This document shows positions 1 to 8,947 of a stretch of 27,752 nucleotides of DNA, in pieces. This stretch comes from a virus. Taxonomy: Duplodnaviria > Caudoviricetes. Location of the stretch: positions 1-27,752 of IMG/VR virus record IMGVR_UViG_3300029318_000078; one strand, given 5' to 3'. Position 1 is the first letter of the stretch; every line of letters begins with the position of its first letter. The notes under the pieces were generated by a model that was not told where the DNA came from, did no database searches, and worked only from the letters and a program-made list of their open reading frames with translations. The translations under genes and the position numbers were made by a program.

Positions 1-174
1 TAGTGGTTTCGGATCGCAAAATTTTTCTAGGCATTTCCGCAGAAATGTTCTTACAAATCTCACTATATGAGACTGATGAGACAAGAGCTACGAAAAAGCT
101 AGTAAAAATGCGGAATTATACCACGAAATAATATTTACGCTATTGTAAGAAGTGTAAGCATTTACATTTTTTAT
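1..174. other. Non-coding region upstream of terS; candidate packaging-initiation (cos-type) region
   Basis: Lies immediately upstream of a Nu1/GpA-type terminase pair, where lambda cos is located. Contains short repeats: TGTAAG/CTTACA at 50, 144 and 153; TGAGAC twice; TTCCGCA/TGCGGAA inverted pair. Positional inference only. Confidence 0.3.
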
Positions 175-681
175 ATGCCTCTAATAACCAGAAAAGAAGC
201 AGCAGAAAAAATGGGTGTAACTATCCAGGCTGTTTATGGTGCTATAAAAGAAGGCCGTCTTACTGCAATGACGGATGACAAAGGAAAGATTGTAATTAAC
301 AGCGATACATTAGAAAAAGAATGGTATAGCAAATCTGCATTTAAGAGAGTAAGAACTGCATCAAAGGACAATAATGTAGTTGTCCATAGATCCCGACTTA
401 GTAAAACAGATGAATCAATACCAGAATATGAAGAAAGTAAAGCAAGAACAGAGCATTTGAAAGCAGAATTATTAGAGCTGGATCGAAAAGTAAAAGAAAA
501 TGAGTTAGTAGCTGTGGAAGAAGTAGAAAATAAATGGTGCAATATTATTACAAACGCAAGAAACAAGTTATTGGGTATTCCAGCTAAAGCAAAACAAAGA
601 ATACCTGACTTAGACACCAATGCGGTTGCTTGTTTGGATGATATTGTTCGTGAAGCACTAGAAGAGCTATCAGCAGCATGA
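175..681 (+). CDS. terS: Terminase small subunit (Nu1-like)
   Basis: N-terminal HTH (ITRKEAAEKMGVTIQAVYGAIKEGRL), coiled coil YEESKARTEHLKAELLEL, Nu1-like tail (RNKLLGIP...IVREALEELS). ATGA overlap with terL. Confidence 0.88.
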   Translation: MPLITRKEAAEKMGVTIQAVYGAIKEGRLTAMTDDKGKIVINSDTLEKEWYSKSAFKRVRTASKDNNVVVHRSRLSKTDESIPEYEESKARTEHLKAELLELDRKVKENELVAVEEVENKWCNIITNARNKLLGIPAKAKQRIPDLDTNAVACLDDIVREALEELSAA

Positions 682-2546
682 ATAATCTCTTAAAACTCGA
701 AAAAAAGGCTTATTTGTCCTTTAAACCGCCTAAAAAGCTTAGTTTGAGCCAATGGGCGGATAATTACGCTTATTTATCAGCAGAAAGTTCAGCCGAAGGT
801 GGTCGATGGAGAACTCTTCCATACCAAAAAGGCATCATGGATGCTATTACTGACCCAAATGTGGAACAAGTAACTCTAATGAAGAGTGCTAGGGTCGGAT
901 ATTCTAAAATTCTAAACCATTTGATTGCATATCATATACACCAAGATCCCTGTCCTATCATGGTATGTCAGCCCACTCTAGATGACTGTCAATCTTATTC
1001 TAAGGAGGAAATACAGCCTATGTTAAGGGACACTCCATGTCTGCATGGATTGGTAAGTGATCCTAAATCGAAAGATGGAAACAATACATTGTTGCAGAAA
1101 AATTTCCCTGGAGGAACATTATCTTTAGTTGGTGCTAATTCTGCTCGTGGATTTAGAAGGGTATCTAGAAGGGTTGTATTGTTTGATGAGGTAGATGGTT
1201 ATCCAGCATCAGCAGGTACAGAAGGAGATCAGATAAAACTTGGCATTAGAAGAACAGAATATTATTGGAACAGAAAGATAGTAGCTGGATCAACTCCAAC
1301 GATTAAAGACTTTAGTCGTATTGAAAGATTGTTTGAGCAAACCAATCAACAGAGATATTATGTGCCTTGTCCAGAATGTGGTCATATGCAATATCTAAGA
1401 TGGTCAAACATGAAATGGCGAGATAATGATCCAGATACAGTTGCTTATGCTTGTGAAGACTGTGGGTGTCTTATTCCTCATAGCAAAAAAAGATGGATGG
1501 TAGAGCGAGGAGAGTGGAGGGCAACTGCTCCAGGGAATCCTAAACACGTTGGTTTTCATATATGGGCTGCATATTCTTATTCTCCTAATGCAAGCTGGTC
1601 TAATCTTGTCGAAGAATTTTTGCAGAGTAAAAATGATCCAGAGCAGTTAAAAACATGGATTAATACTATTCTTGGCGAGGTTTGGGAAGAATCCGCAGCA
1701 AGTAAGGTAGGTGCAGATGGATTAATGGAAAGAGCAGGGTTAGAAACTTATGAGCAAGGTATACCGCCAGAAGGTGTTCTCACTTTGTGTCTCGGATGTG
1801 ACGTACAAGATGACAGACTTTCTATGAGCGTTTGGGGTATAGGACGTAACGAGGAGATGTATTTAGTAGATAGAAAAGTAATATATGGCTCGCCAGCTAG
1901 AGCAGATTTATGGAAACAGATGGATGAGGTCTTGACTAGTGAATATACAAATGCAAATGGACAGAAGATGAAAATTGATAGTGCAGCTATAGATACAGGT
2001 GGTCACTTTACCCAAGAAGTTTATCAATATGTAAGAGAAAGAGGTCAGTTAGGATTGATAGGAATAAAAGGTATGGGTCAGAAAGGAAAACCACCATTAG
2101 GAAGACCTAGTAAGGTGGATATTAATTTTTCTGGTAAAGCATTAAAAAGAGGAGTCCAATTATTTCCTGTAGGAGTAGATGTTATAAAGTCAACACTTCA
2201 CAATAGATTAAAAGATGCAGAGCCTGGAGAAGGATATATTCATTTCTACCCAACAATCACGCATGATTATTTTGAAGAATTAACCGCAGAGCGACAAGTT
2301 CTTAGATATAAGCATGGTTATCAAGAAAGAGTGTGGGTTAAAAAAAGTGATGCAAGAAATGAAGCTCTTGATGAAATGGTATACGCATATGCTGCTTGGC
2401 AAAGATTGTTACAAAAATATGACAGACGTACAATTTTCGATCAACTTGAAAAAAGGTTAAATCCTAAAGAGCCTCAAAAGGATAGTAAGCTATCATTAAA
2501 TCGTACTAAATCGACTAAAAAGTCGAATTTTGTCGCTAATTGGTAA
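678..2546 (+). CDS. terL: Terminase large subunit, lambda GpA family
   Basis: PYQ adenine motif, Walker A-like KSARVGYS, Walker B VLFDEVDGY, STPT coupling motif, CPECG/CEDCG Zn motif, nuclease GCDVQ, IDTGG and RNEALD motifs. Confidence 0.97.
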   Translation: MNNLLKLEKKAYLSFKPPKKLSLSQWADNYAYLSAESSAEGGRWRTLPYQKGIMDAITDPNVEQVTLMKSARVGYSKILNHLIAYHIHQDPCPIMVCQPTLDDCQSYSKEEIQPMLRDTPCLHGLVSDPKSKDGNNTLLQKNFPGGTLSLVGANSARGFRRVSRRVVLFDEVDGYPASAGTEGDQIKLGIRRTEYYWNRKIVAGSTPTIKDFSRIERLFEQTNQQRYYVPCPECGHMQYLRWSNMKWRDNDPDTVAYACEDCGCLIPHSKKRWMVERGEWRATAPGNPKHVGFHIWAAYSYSPNASWSNLVEEFLQSKNDPEQLKTWINTILGEVWEESAASKVGADGLMERAGLETYEQGIPPEGVLTLCLGCDVQDDRLSMSVWGIGRNEEMYLVDRKVIYGSPARADLWKQMDEVLTSEYTNANGQKMKIDSAAIDTGGHFTQEVYQYVRERGQLGLIGIKGMGQKGKPPLGRPSKVDINFSGKALKRGVQLFPVGVDVIKSTLHNRLKDAEPGEGYIHFYPTITHDYFEELTAERQVLRYKHGYQERVWVKKSDARNEALDEMVYAYAAWQRLLQKYDRRTIFDQLEKRLNPKEPQKDSKLSLNRTKSTKKSNFVANW

Positions 2547-2550
2547 AAAA

Positions 2551-3135
2551 ATGACTTTTCCATCACCTATAAGAGCAGGGGATTTTGTTCAATGGAATAT
2601 TCCAGCGAGTCAAGATTATTACAAAAACAGTATCAGCAGTCCAGATTGGTCGGTTGTTTACTATTTAAGAACAAACACAGGGCCACTTGGCGCAACAATC
2701 AGTAGTTCTGCATATAACGATGGTTTTAAGTTTGAAATTGCTAGTAACGTCACAGCAACATTCACACCAGGCGATTGGTACTATCAAGCCGTAGCAAATA
2801 AGTCTGGTGCAGAAAAACAGACTATATATACAGGAAGTTTTGAGGTTTTAAAATCTTTAGAATATTCTGGTACTGCTGTTAACTATGATGGCCGTAGTCA
2901 ATTACAAAAAGACTTAGACACAATACAAACAGCTATAAGAAATATTATTAGTGGTGGTGGAGTTCAAGAATATAAGATTGGAACTAGATCAGCAAAGAAA
3001 TACGAATTGTCTGAGTTATTGGCATTAGAAAGCAGATATAAGGCAGAATTAGTAAGAGAGAAACAAGCAGAGATGATCGCAAATGGTCTTGGTAACCCAA
3101 GACAAACTTTCGTAAGATTTCAAGGTAGTATCTAA
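2551..3135 (+). CDS. Head completion/head-tail adaptor: gpW-like C-terminal domain with an extra N-terminal beta-rich domain
   Basis: Located between terL and portal. The C-terminus (AIRNIISGGGVQEYKIGTRSAKKYELSELLALESRYKAEL) has the gpW pattern. The ATG at 2551, 4 nt after the terL stop, is preferred over the 2530 TTG. Confidence 0.75.
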   Translation: MTFPSPIRAGDFVQWNIPASQDYYKNSISSPDWSVVYYLRTNTGPLGATISSSAYNDGFKFEIASNVTATFTPGDWYYQAVANKSGAEKQTIYTGSFEVLKSLEYSGTAVNYDGRSQLQKDLDTIQTAIRNIISGGGVQEYKIGTRSAKKYELSELLALESRYKAELVREKQAEMIANGLGNPRQTFVRFQGSI

Positions 3136-4691
3136 TGGGTATCAGAACTAACATTGCAAATGCAGTTATCAGAGTTTTAGGCTTTGGACAAAATGCAAAA
3201 CAACTAAGAAGTCTCCAGCGAGCATATCAAGGAGCATTAGTTTCTAGACTTACTTCCGATTGGATGAGCAGCCAGCTGAGTGCCGATGCCGAAATAAGGA
3301 ATAGTTTGCGTAAGCTAAGAGATAGATCAAGAGAACTTGTAAGAAACAATCCTTATGCTAGACAAGCGAAGCGTACAACACAAATAAATATTGTTGGTAC
3401 AGGTATGAAGTTTCAATCTCTTGTTTTACAGCAAAGAGGTGGCAAAAGAGATCAAAGAGTAAATAATTTGATAGAAGAAAAGTGGGCTGAATGGTCACAA
3501 GCAGATAGTTGTGATTGTGCAGGTAAATATAGTTTTCATCAGTTTGAATGGTTAGCAGCAGGTGCATTATGTGAATCTGGCGAGGCAATATTTAGAATTA
3601 TCAGACAACCATTTGGAGACAGCAAAGTACCAATTGCATTGCAGATGATTGAAAGTGATTTGTTAGATGAAGAATATGATGACAAATTGCTTAATAAAAA
3701 TAACGAATGGAGAAATGGTGTTGAGGTTAATGAGTATGGCCGTCCTGTCAGATATGCAATTTTAAATAAACATCCTGGAGATGCATATTATCTTGACTAT
3801 TCAGCAAATAGAAAACTACACGTTTTTGTACCTGCTGAAGATATTATTCATTTATATCTACCAGAAAGACCAGGTCAAAACAGAGGTGTACCTTGGTTTC
3901 ATAGTGTGATGGCAGATATGCATCAATTACAAGGCTATGAAGAAGCTGCTGTTATAAGAGCAAGAGCTGGTGCAAGTATTATGGGATTTATACAAAATGA
4001 TCAAGGAGAGTTGATTGGAGATGATGTAGAAAATAGTCAGAGAATCCAATCATTCGAGCCTGGCACATTTAGATATCTTATGCCAAATGAAAAGGTAACA
4101 GTACCAGATATTGATTATCCGTCACAGCAGTATGAGATGTTTGTGAAAAATAAAATTAGAAGATTTGCAACAGGTATTGGATGTAGTTTTGAAACAATCA
4201 GTAAAGATTTTTCTGAAACTAACTATTCAAGTTCAAGACTTAGTTTGTTAGAAGACAGGGAGCATTGGAAGTTCTGTCAAAAGTATCTTATAGATAACTT
4301 GCATTACAGAGTATTTAAAGAGTGGCTAGGTCTTGCAGTTTTAGCAGGTGAATTGGATTTTGGAGATTATGCTGCGAACTCTAAAAGATATTGCAAACCA
4401 AGATGGACACCTCCAGCTCAACATTACGTTGATCCGTTAAAAGAAATAAAAGCGATGCGTGAAGCAGAACAGGCAGGTTATATGAGTAAGTCACAAGTTA
4501 TTGCACAGACAAATGGTGGAGATTATGACGATATTGTTTCTGAGATTGCAAGAGAACAAGATGTCGCTGACAGTTTAGGCGTTACATTAGATAAAGATCT
4601 AGACTTAGAAGTAGAGATTGGCTCTGAAGGGAATATAAATATCCCTGCACCACCTAGTAGATCTAAGAAAACACGCAAAAAGGCTGAGTAA
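3135..4691 (+). CDS. Portal protein, lambda family
   Basis: LRDRSRELVRNNPYA, ERPGQNRGVPW, SKDFSETNYSSSRLSLLE and W..P...YVDPLKE are lambda gpB family motifs. Confidence 0.97.
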   Translation: MGIRTNIANAVIRVLGFGQNAKQLRSLQRAYQGALVSRLTSDWMSSQLSADAEIRNSLRKLRDRSRELVRNNPYARQAKRTTQINIVGTGMKFQSLVLQQRGGKRDQRVNNLIEEKWAEWSQADSCDCAGKYSFHQFEWLAAGALCESGEAIFRIIRQPFGDSKVPIALQMIESDLLDEEYDDKLLNKNNEWRNGVEVNEYGRPVRYAILNKHPGDAYYLDYSANRKLHVFVPAEDIIHLYLPERPGQNRGVPWFHSVMADMHQLQGYEEAAVIRARAGASIMGFIQNDQGELIGDDVENSQRIQSFEPGTFRYLMPNEKVTVPDIDYPSQQYEMFVKNKIRRFATGIGCSFETISKDFSETNYSSSRLSLLEDREHWKFCQKYLIDNLHYRVFKEWLGLAVLAGELDFGDYAANSKRYCKPRWTPPAQHYVDPLKEIKAMREAEQAGYMSKSQVIAQTNGGDYDDIVSEIAREQDVADSLGVTLDKDLDLEVEIGSEGNINIPAPPSRSKKTRKKAE

Positions 4692-4693
4692 TT

Positions 4694-7444
4694 ATGGCAA
4701 ACGTAAGTGGAACTGAAATCAATCTCAAACCAACAGATGGAATGGTTAGTGAGGCGAAAAGATATAAAGCATGGAAAAAAGAAGGTAAAGCAGGTGGCAC
4801 TCAAGTTGCTGCGGTAAGAGCTACACAAATTATTAGTGGCTCAGAATTATCTCCTGATGTTGTGGTAAGGATGTTTAGTTTTTTCAGCAGACATGAGGTT
4901 GACAAAAAAGCAGAAGGTTTTAGCCCTGGAGAAAAAGGATATCCGTCAAAAGGTAGGGTCGCATGGGCTGCTTGGGGAGGGGATGCAGGTTTTTCTTGGA
5001 GTCGAGGTAAAGCTGCTGCTATTAAAAAAGCGAGAGAAAGAGGCGAGATTATAGATTTAGCTCGCCCATATCCAAATGAACACGCAGCAACTATTACAAA
5101 TTCAGAACAATATGATACATTTAGGCGGTCTAACGACTATGCCTCACAAGGCATAGACTTTATATTTGGTATAAAGGATAATGAGGAAGGTGCTGAACTT
5201 CAATCTATTAGGTTCAGACTAACCGAGTATTCTGCCTCTGAAGCCAGATCATGGCTTGAGAGAAACGAATTTAATCCTATTAAGTTTGAATCTGCTACTA
5301 ACGAAAAAACTATGGCTGAATCAACAACAGTTGAAAAAAGAGCAGAACCCGATGCATTAAAAGTCGGAGATTTTGTATCTTGGAATTCTAGTGGAGGTCG
5401 AGCTAGAGGAAAAATTGATCGCATCGTTAGAGATGGATCAATAGATGTTCCAGACAGTTCCTTTACAATTACAGGAACAGCAGACGATCCAGCTGCATTA
5501 ATTACGTTGTATAGAAATGGAGAGGCTACCGATAGAAAGGTAGGTCACAAATTTTCGACACTTACAAAAATTGCGGACATTAGATCGATTGAAGTTGGAG
5601 ATAAGTTCGAGCGTAAAGAGGTTACGGACTTTAAAAATGTGAAATCACGCACATTTGAGTTTCCTTTTTCATCCGAGTTTGCTGTTAAGAGATATTTCGG
5701 AAATGAAGTACTCAGCCATGATGAAGGAGCAGCAGATTTATCACGATTAAACGATGGTGGAGCGGTATTGTTTAATCACGACATGAACAAACCAATAGGA
5801 GTTGTTGAACGTGCTTACATAAATCCTGATGATAAGCGTGGTTATGCAAAGATTCGTTTCTCTCGTAACAAGTTTGCATCTGAGGTTTTAGAAGATGTCA
5901 AAGATGGCATTCTCAGAGGTATAAGCTTTGGATATCAAATTAATGATATGGAAGAAGCGGAAGATGGTATGAGAGCGACCAACTGGTCAGTACACGAACT
6001 ATCAGTTGTTACAGTTCCAGCTGATCCAACTATTGGTTTTGGAAGAAGTTTGATAGAACCCTCTCAAGGTAATAGTATTAGTATGGAACAAGAATCTCCT
6101 GTAGAGGAGATTAATTCTGCGGTTGAACCCGCATCAACAACAGTCCGTAACATGGAAGAATCAACTAAAGAAACTGCGGTTGATACGGCAACAGCCGTTG
6201 AAATCGATGTCAAAGCCGAAATACAACGTGCTATTGACGAAAACAATGCTCGTACAGCATCAATCACTTCGATATGTCGTGAATTTGGAAAGTATGGAGC
6301 AGAAGAGCTTGCTGATTCCCTTATAAAGGGTAATAAAACACCCGAAGAAGCAAAAGCAGCAATCCTCGACCTTGTTAAAAACAAGGCAGAGGTTAGAAAT
6401 ACACCCATTCGTTCTACTGACATGACAACAAACGAAGTTGGCTTAGACCAAAAAGAAATTAAGCAGTTCTCTTTCTTGAGAGCATTAAACGCTTTAGCAA
6501 ACCCAACAGATCGTGCTGCACAAGAAGCAGCAGCTTTCGAGAGAGAAGTATCTGATGCAGCTTCTAAAAAATATGAGAAACCTGCAAACGGAATCTTAGT
6601 TCCTAACGAAGTCTTAAAAAGAGACTTGAATGTAGGTACTGCAACAGCTGGTGGTAACTTAGTTCCAACAGAACTTCTTGCAGGTTCATTCATTGACATT
6701 CTTAGGAAGAGAATGGCTGTGATGGCAACAAACCCAACAATGCTTACAGGATTGTCTGGTAATGTTTCTATCCCAAGAATGACATCTACATCAACTGCGT
6801 ATTTCGTAGGTGAGTCTGGTGCGCCAACAGAATCACAACAGGCCTTCGATCAAGTGAACATGACACCAAAAACAATTGGTGCTTTTGTTGACTACTCCAG
6901 AAGATTACTTCTTCAGTCTTCTATTGATGTTGAAGCAATGATCAGAGATGATATTGCAAAGGTAATTGCTACAAAACTTGATAACGCAGCAATCTATGGT
7001 TCTGGTAGTTCTAACGAGCCATTAGGTATCAAAGATACAACTGGTGTAGGCACACAGACAATTACTACATTCGGTACATTTGCTGAGTACATCGGAATGG
7101 AGACAGACGTTGCAGCAGCAAACGCTGATGTAGCTAATATGTTCTACCTAATTAATGCTTCTGCTAGAGGTGCTTTAAAATCAACAGAAAAAGCTTCAAA
7201 CACAGCGCAGTTTGTATTTGAGAACAATGAAATTAATGGCTATCCAGCTGTTGTTTCTAATCAGCTTGCAAACAATGATGTACTTTTCGGAGACTTTAGT
7301 CAGTTCTGTATTGGTATGTGGTCTGGCTTAGATCTAACTGTAGATCCATACGCAAATGCAACGAGTGGTAGTGTAAGAATCATTGCATTACAAGATGTTG
7401 ACTTTGCTGTTAAGCAGCCAGGTGCATTCTGCTTCGGAACATAA
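4694..7444 (+). CDS. Polyprotein: three N-terminal accessory domains + HK97-type prohead protease + scaffold-like linker + HK97-fold major capsid protein
   Basis: Protease motifs FSSE, LFNHD, GISFGY and ELSVVTVPADPTIGFGRS (about 5640-6050). Coiled-coil linker about 6150-6420. Capsid motifs GGNLVPTEL, FVGESG, SRRLLLQSS, GYPAVVSN and FGDFS. Confidence 0.93.
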   Translation: MANVSGTEINLKPTDGMVSEAKRYKAWKKEGKAGGTQVAAVRATQIISGSELSPDVVVRMFSFFSRHEVDKKAEGFSPGEKGYPSKGRVAWAAWGGDAGFSWSRGKAAAIKKARERGEIIDLARPYPNEHAATITNSEQYDTFRRSNDYASQGIDFIFGIKDNEEGAELQSIRFRLTEYSASEARSWLERNEFNPIKFESATNEKTMAESTTVEKRAEPDALKVGDFVSWNSSGGRARGKIDRIVRDGSIDVPDSSFTITGTADDPAALITLYRNGEATDRKVGHKFSTLTKIADIRSIEVGDKFERKEVTDFKNVKSRTFEFPFSSEFAVKRYFGNEVLSHDEGAADLSRLNDGGAVLFNHDMNKPIGVVERAYINPDDKRGYAKIRFSRNKFASEVLEDVKDGILRGISFGYQINDMEEAEDGMRATNWSVHELSVVTVPADPTIGFGRSLIEPSQGNSISMEQESPVEEINSAVEPASTTVRNMEESTKETAVDTATAVEIDVKAEIQRAIDENNARTASITSICREFGKYGAEELADSLIKGNKTPEEAKAAILDLVKNKAEVRNTPIRSTDMTTNEVGLDQKEIKQFSFLRALNALANPTDRAAQEAAAFEREVSDAASKKYEKPANGILVPNEVLKRDLNVGTATAGGNLVPTELLAGSFIDILRKRMAVMATNPTMLTGLSGNVSIPRMTSTSTAYFVGESGAPTESQQAFDQVNMTPKTIGAFVDYSRRLLLQSSIDVEAMIRDDIAKVIATKLDNAAIYGSGSSNEPLGIKDTTGVGTQTITTFGTFAEYIGMETDVAAANADVANMFYLINASARGALKSTEKASNTAQFVFENNEINGYPAVVSNQLANNDVLFGDFSQFCIGMWSGLDLTVDPYANATSGSVRIIALQDVDFAVKQPGAFCFGT
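6050..6078 (+). promoter_or_regulatory. Candidate internal sigma70-type promoter (TTGATA-N17-TAGTAT)
   Basis: -35 TTGATA at 6050-6055 and -10 TAGTAT at 6073-6078, with exactly 17 nt spacing, at the protease/scaffold boundary. Followed by a perfect 8-bp hairpin at 6093-6112 and an in-frame ATG at 6152. Confidence 0.45.
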
Positions 7445-7445
7445 T

Positions 7446-7778
7446 ATGAAGATTAAATTGCTACGAGCAACAATGATAGCTGGAGTCCCAACGGACTCTG
7501 GCTCTGTTGTTGATATCGAGCAGAATAATGGTGAGTATTTAGTGGCTGTTGGTAAAGCTGAACTGGTCGTTGAGGCTTGTGAAGCACCTATTGCCAGTAC
7601 AGAACCAGTTGTCGAGTCAGAGCCTACCGATAGTGACGAGGTTGATTTTTCTCAAATGACAAAATCACAGATCGAAACTTATGGTCGCAAGCTTGGGATA
7701 GAACTCGATAGAAGACAAAACAAAACTGATCTAATTGCAAAATTAGAAGAGTTTATTTCTAAACAGGAGGAATCTTAA
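7446..7778 (+). CDS. Post-capsid protein (lambda FI position): small N-terminal domain, acidic linker, C-terminal HeH/Rho-N-like helical domain
   Basis: ATG at 7446, 1 nt after the capsid stop, in frame with the tracked 7383 ORF. C-terminal DFSQMTKSQIETYGRKLGIELDRRQNKTDLIAKL resembles a helix-extension-helix module. Confidence 0.6.
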   Translation: MKIKLLRATMIAGVPTDSGSVVDIEQNNGEYLVAVGKAELVVEACEAPIASTEPVVESEPTDSDEVDFSQMTKSQIETYGRKLGIELDRRQNKTDLIAKLEEFISKQEES

Positions 7779-7779
7779 A

Positions 7780-8163
7780 ATGTCTGTTATTCAACAGAAC
7801 CTAGAAAAACTAACTGTTGTTGCTGGTGTTGCTACTGCTGCTGTAACAAGCACAGCTACATCAAGTGCAATAGATCTTCTCGAATACGATGGAGATGTAA
7901 TGCTAATTTTGGATAGTGCTGCTGGTGGCGGTTCTAGCCCAACATTAGATATTAAAATTACTGAATCCGATTCTTCAAGTGGTACATATACAGATTTATC
8001 TGGTGCTACTTTTACTCAAGTAACAGGATCTGCTTCAATGCAAACACTTGCAATCAATAAAGATGAGTGCAAGCGTTATATCAAGATTGTTCAGACAATC
8101 GGTGGATCATCTCCAACATTTACTTTTAGTATCAACTTAGTTGGTCTTAAAAAGTACGGCTAA
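7780..8163 (+). CDS. Capsid cement/head decoration protein (Bbp16-like jelly-roll)
   Basis: 127-aa beta-rich protein after the capsid gene, with pattern S.AIDL...PTLDIKITESD...TDL...KRYIKI. Lies upstream of the head terminator. Confidence 0.6.
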   Translation: MSVIQQNLEKLTVVAGVATAAVTSTATSSAIDLLEYDGDVMLILDSAAGGGSSPTLDIKITESDSSSGTYTDLSGATFTQVTGSASMQTLAINKDECKRYIKIVQTIGGSSPTFTFSINLVGLKKYG

Positions 8164-8170
8164 AATATAT

Positions 8171-8196
8171 AGCCCTCGTTTGAGGGCTTTTTTCTT
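8171..8196 (+). terminator. Rho-independent terminator closing the high-copy head genes
   Basis: AGCCCTC-GTTT-GAGGGCT perfect 7-bp stem followed by TTTTTCTT. Confidence 0.88.
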
Positions 8197-8475
8197 ATGG
8201 CATTTACTGAAGACTTAAATGCATTTTTTGTGGATTTTTCAGAAAATGTTTTTTATGACAATGAGACTTATAAAGGTATTTTAGAACAGCCAGATGAGGT
8301 AATAGCTGATGGTGTTGTTCTAACTACTGATTATGAGTTAACAGTAAAAAATAGTGATTTAGGTACAATTCCATTTGATGCACAATTGGAAGTAAGTAAT
8401 GTTAAATATAAAGTCAGAAGTGTAAGAAAAATAGATGATGGTAGTTTATGTAAGATTTCACTAAGTAAGGTTTGA
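8197..8475 (+). CDS. Head-tail joining/head closure protein (lambda FII-like)
   Basis: Size, synteny and the beta-barrel-type C-terminus YKVRSVRKIDDGSLCKISL. Confidence 0.75.
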   Translation: MAFTEDLNAFFVDFSENVFYDNETYKGILEQPDEVIADGVVLTTDYELTVKNSDLGTIPFDAQLEVSNVKYKVRSVRKIDDGSLCKISLSKV

Positions 8476-8476
8476 T

Positions 8477-8905
8477 ATGGCAAGTAAAAGAGAACAAATA
8501 TTAGCAGCGATAAAAACTAATCTTGCAAACACTACAGGTGTTGGAGATAGAATTTATCGTTCCAGGGTAGAACCTATTGCCAGAGGAGAAACACCTGCAA
8601 TTGTCATAGAACCAATTACAGATGAGCCAACAGTTAATAGCTCTACTTACTTAAAAATAGATTGGACATTAAGAATAAGGGTTGTTGTTGTTATTCGTGG
8701 CACAACACCAGAGAGTGTTGGAGATGGCACGATTGAAAGTTTACATACAAAAATGTTGACTGATACAACAATTGGAGGTTTGGCTAAAGATGTTAGACCA
8801 TCAACACAGACCTTTGAATTTGTAGAGGGAGATCAGCCTTCTGGAATTATAACTTGTGAATATGAAATAGATTATCGTACCTCATATAACAGTTTAACAA
8901 CATGA
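8477..8905 (+). CDS. Tail terminator protein (lambda gpU-like)
   Basis: REQILAAIKTNL...IYRSRVEP...PAIVIEP...D.TIGGLA...YEIDYRT pattern; lies just before the tail tube gene. Confidence 0.78.
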   Translation: MASKREQILAAIKTNLANTTGVGDRIYRSRVEPIARGETPAIVIEPITDEPTVNSSTYLKIDWTLRIRVVVVIRGTTPESVGDGTIESLHTKMLTDTTIGGLAKDVRPSTQTFEFVEGDQPSGIITCEYEIDYRTSYNSLTT

Positions 8906-8947
8906 CTTATAATGAAAGAGCAAGCCTACCAACCCTGATTGTTTAAT

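Noticed and set aside
45-131. 28-codon ORF upstream of terS
   Set aside because: No RBS, motif or coupling; the region is better explained as non-coding.
2481-2530. GATAG-TAAG-CTATC palindrome and TAAATCG repeats at the terL 3' end
   Set aside because: A 5-bp stem and 7-nt repeats are expected by chance, and there is no matching -35 element.
6123-6326. Alternate-frame + strand ORFs 6123-6326 and 10987-11223
   Set aside because: Nested in the capsid polyprotein and TMP, with TTG starts and no motifs. The AGGAG upstream of 6123 is 13 nt away and buried in a hairpin.
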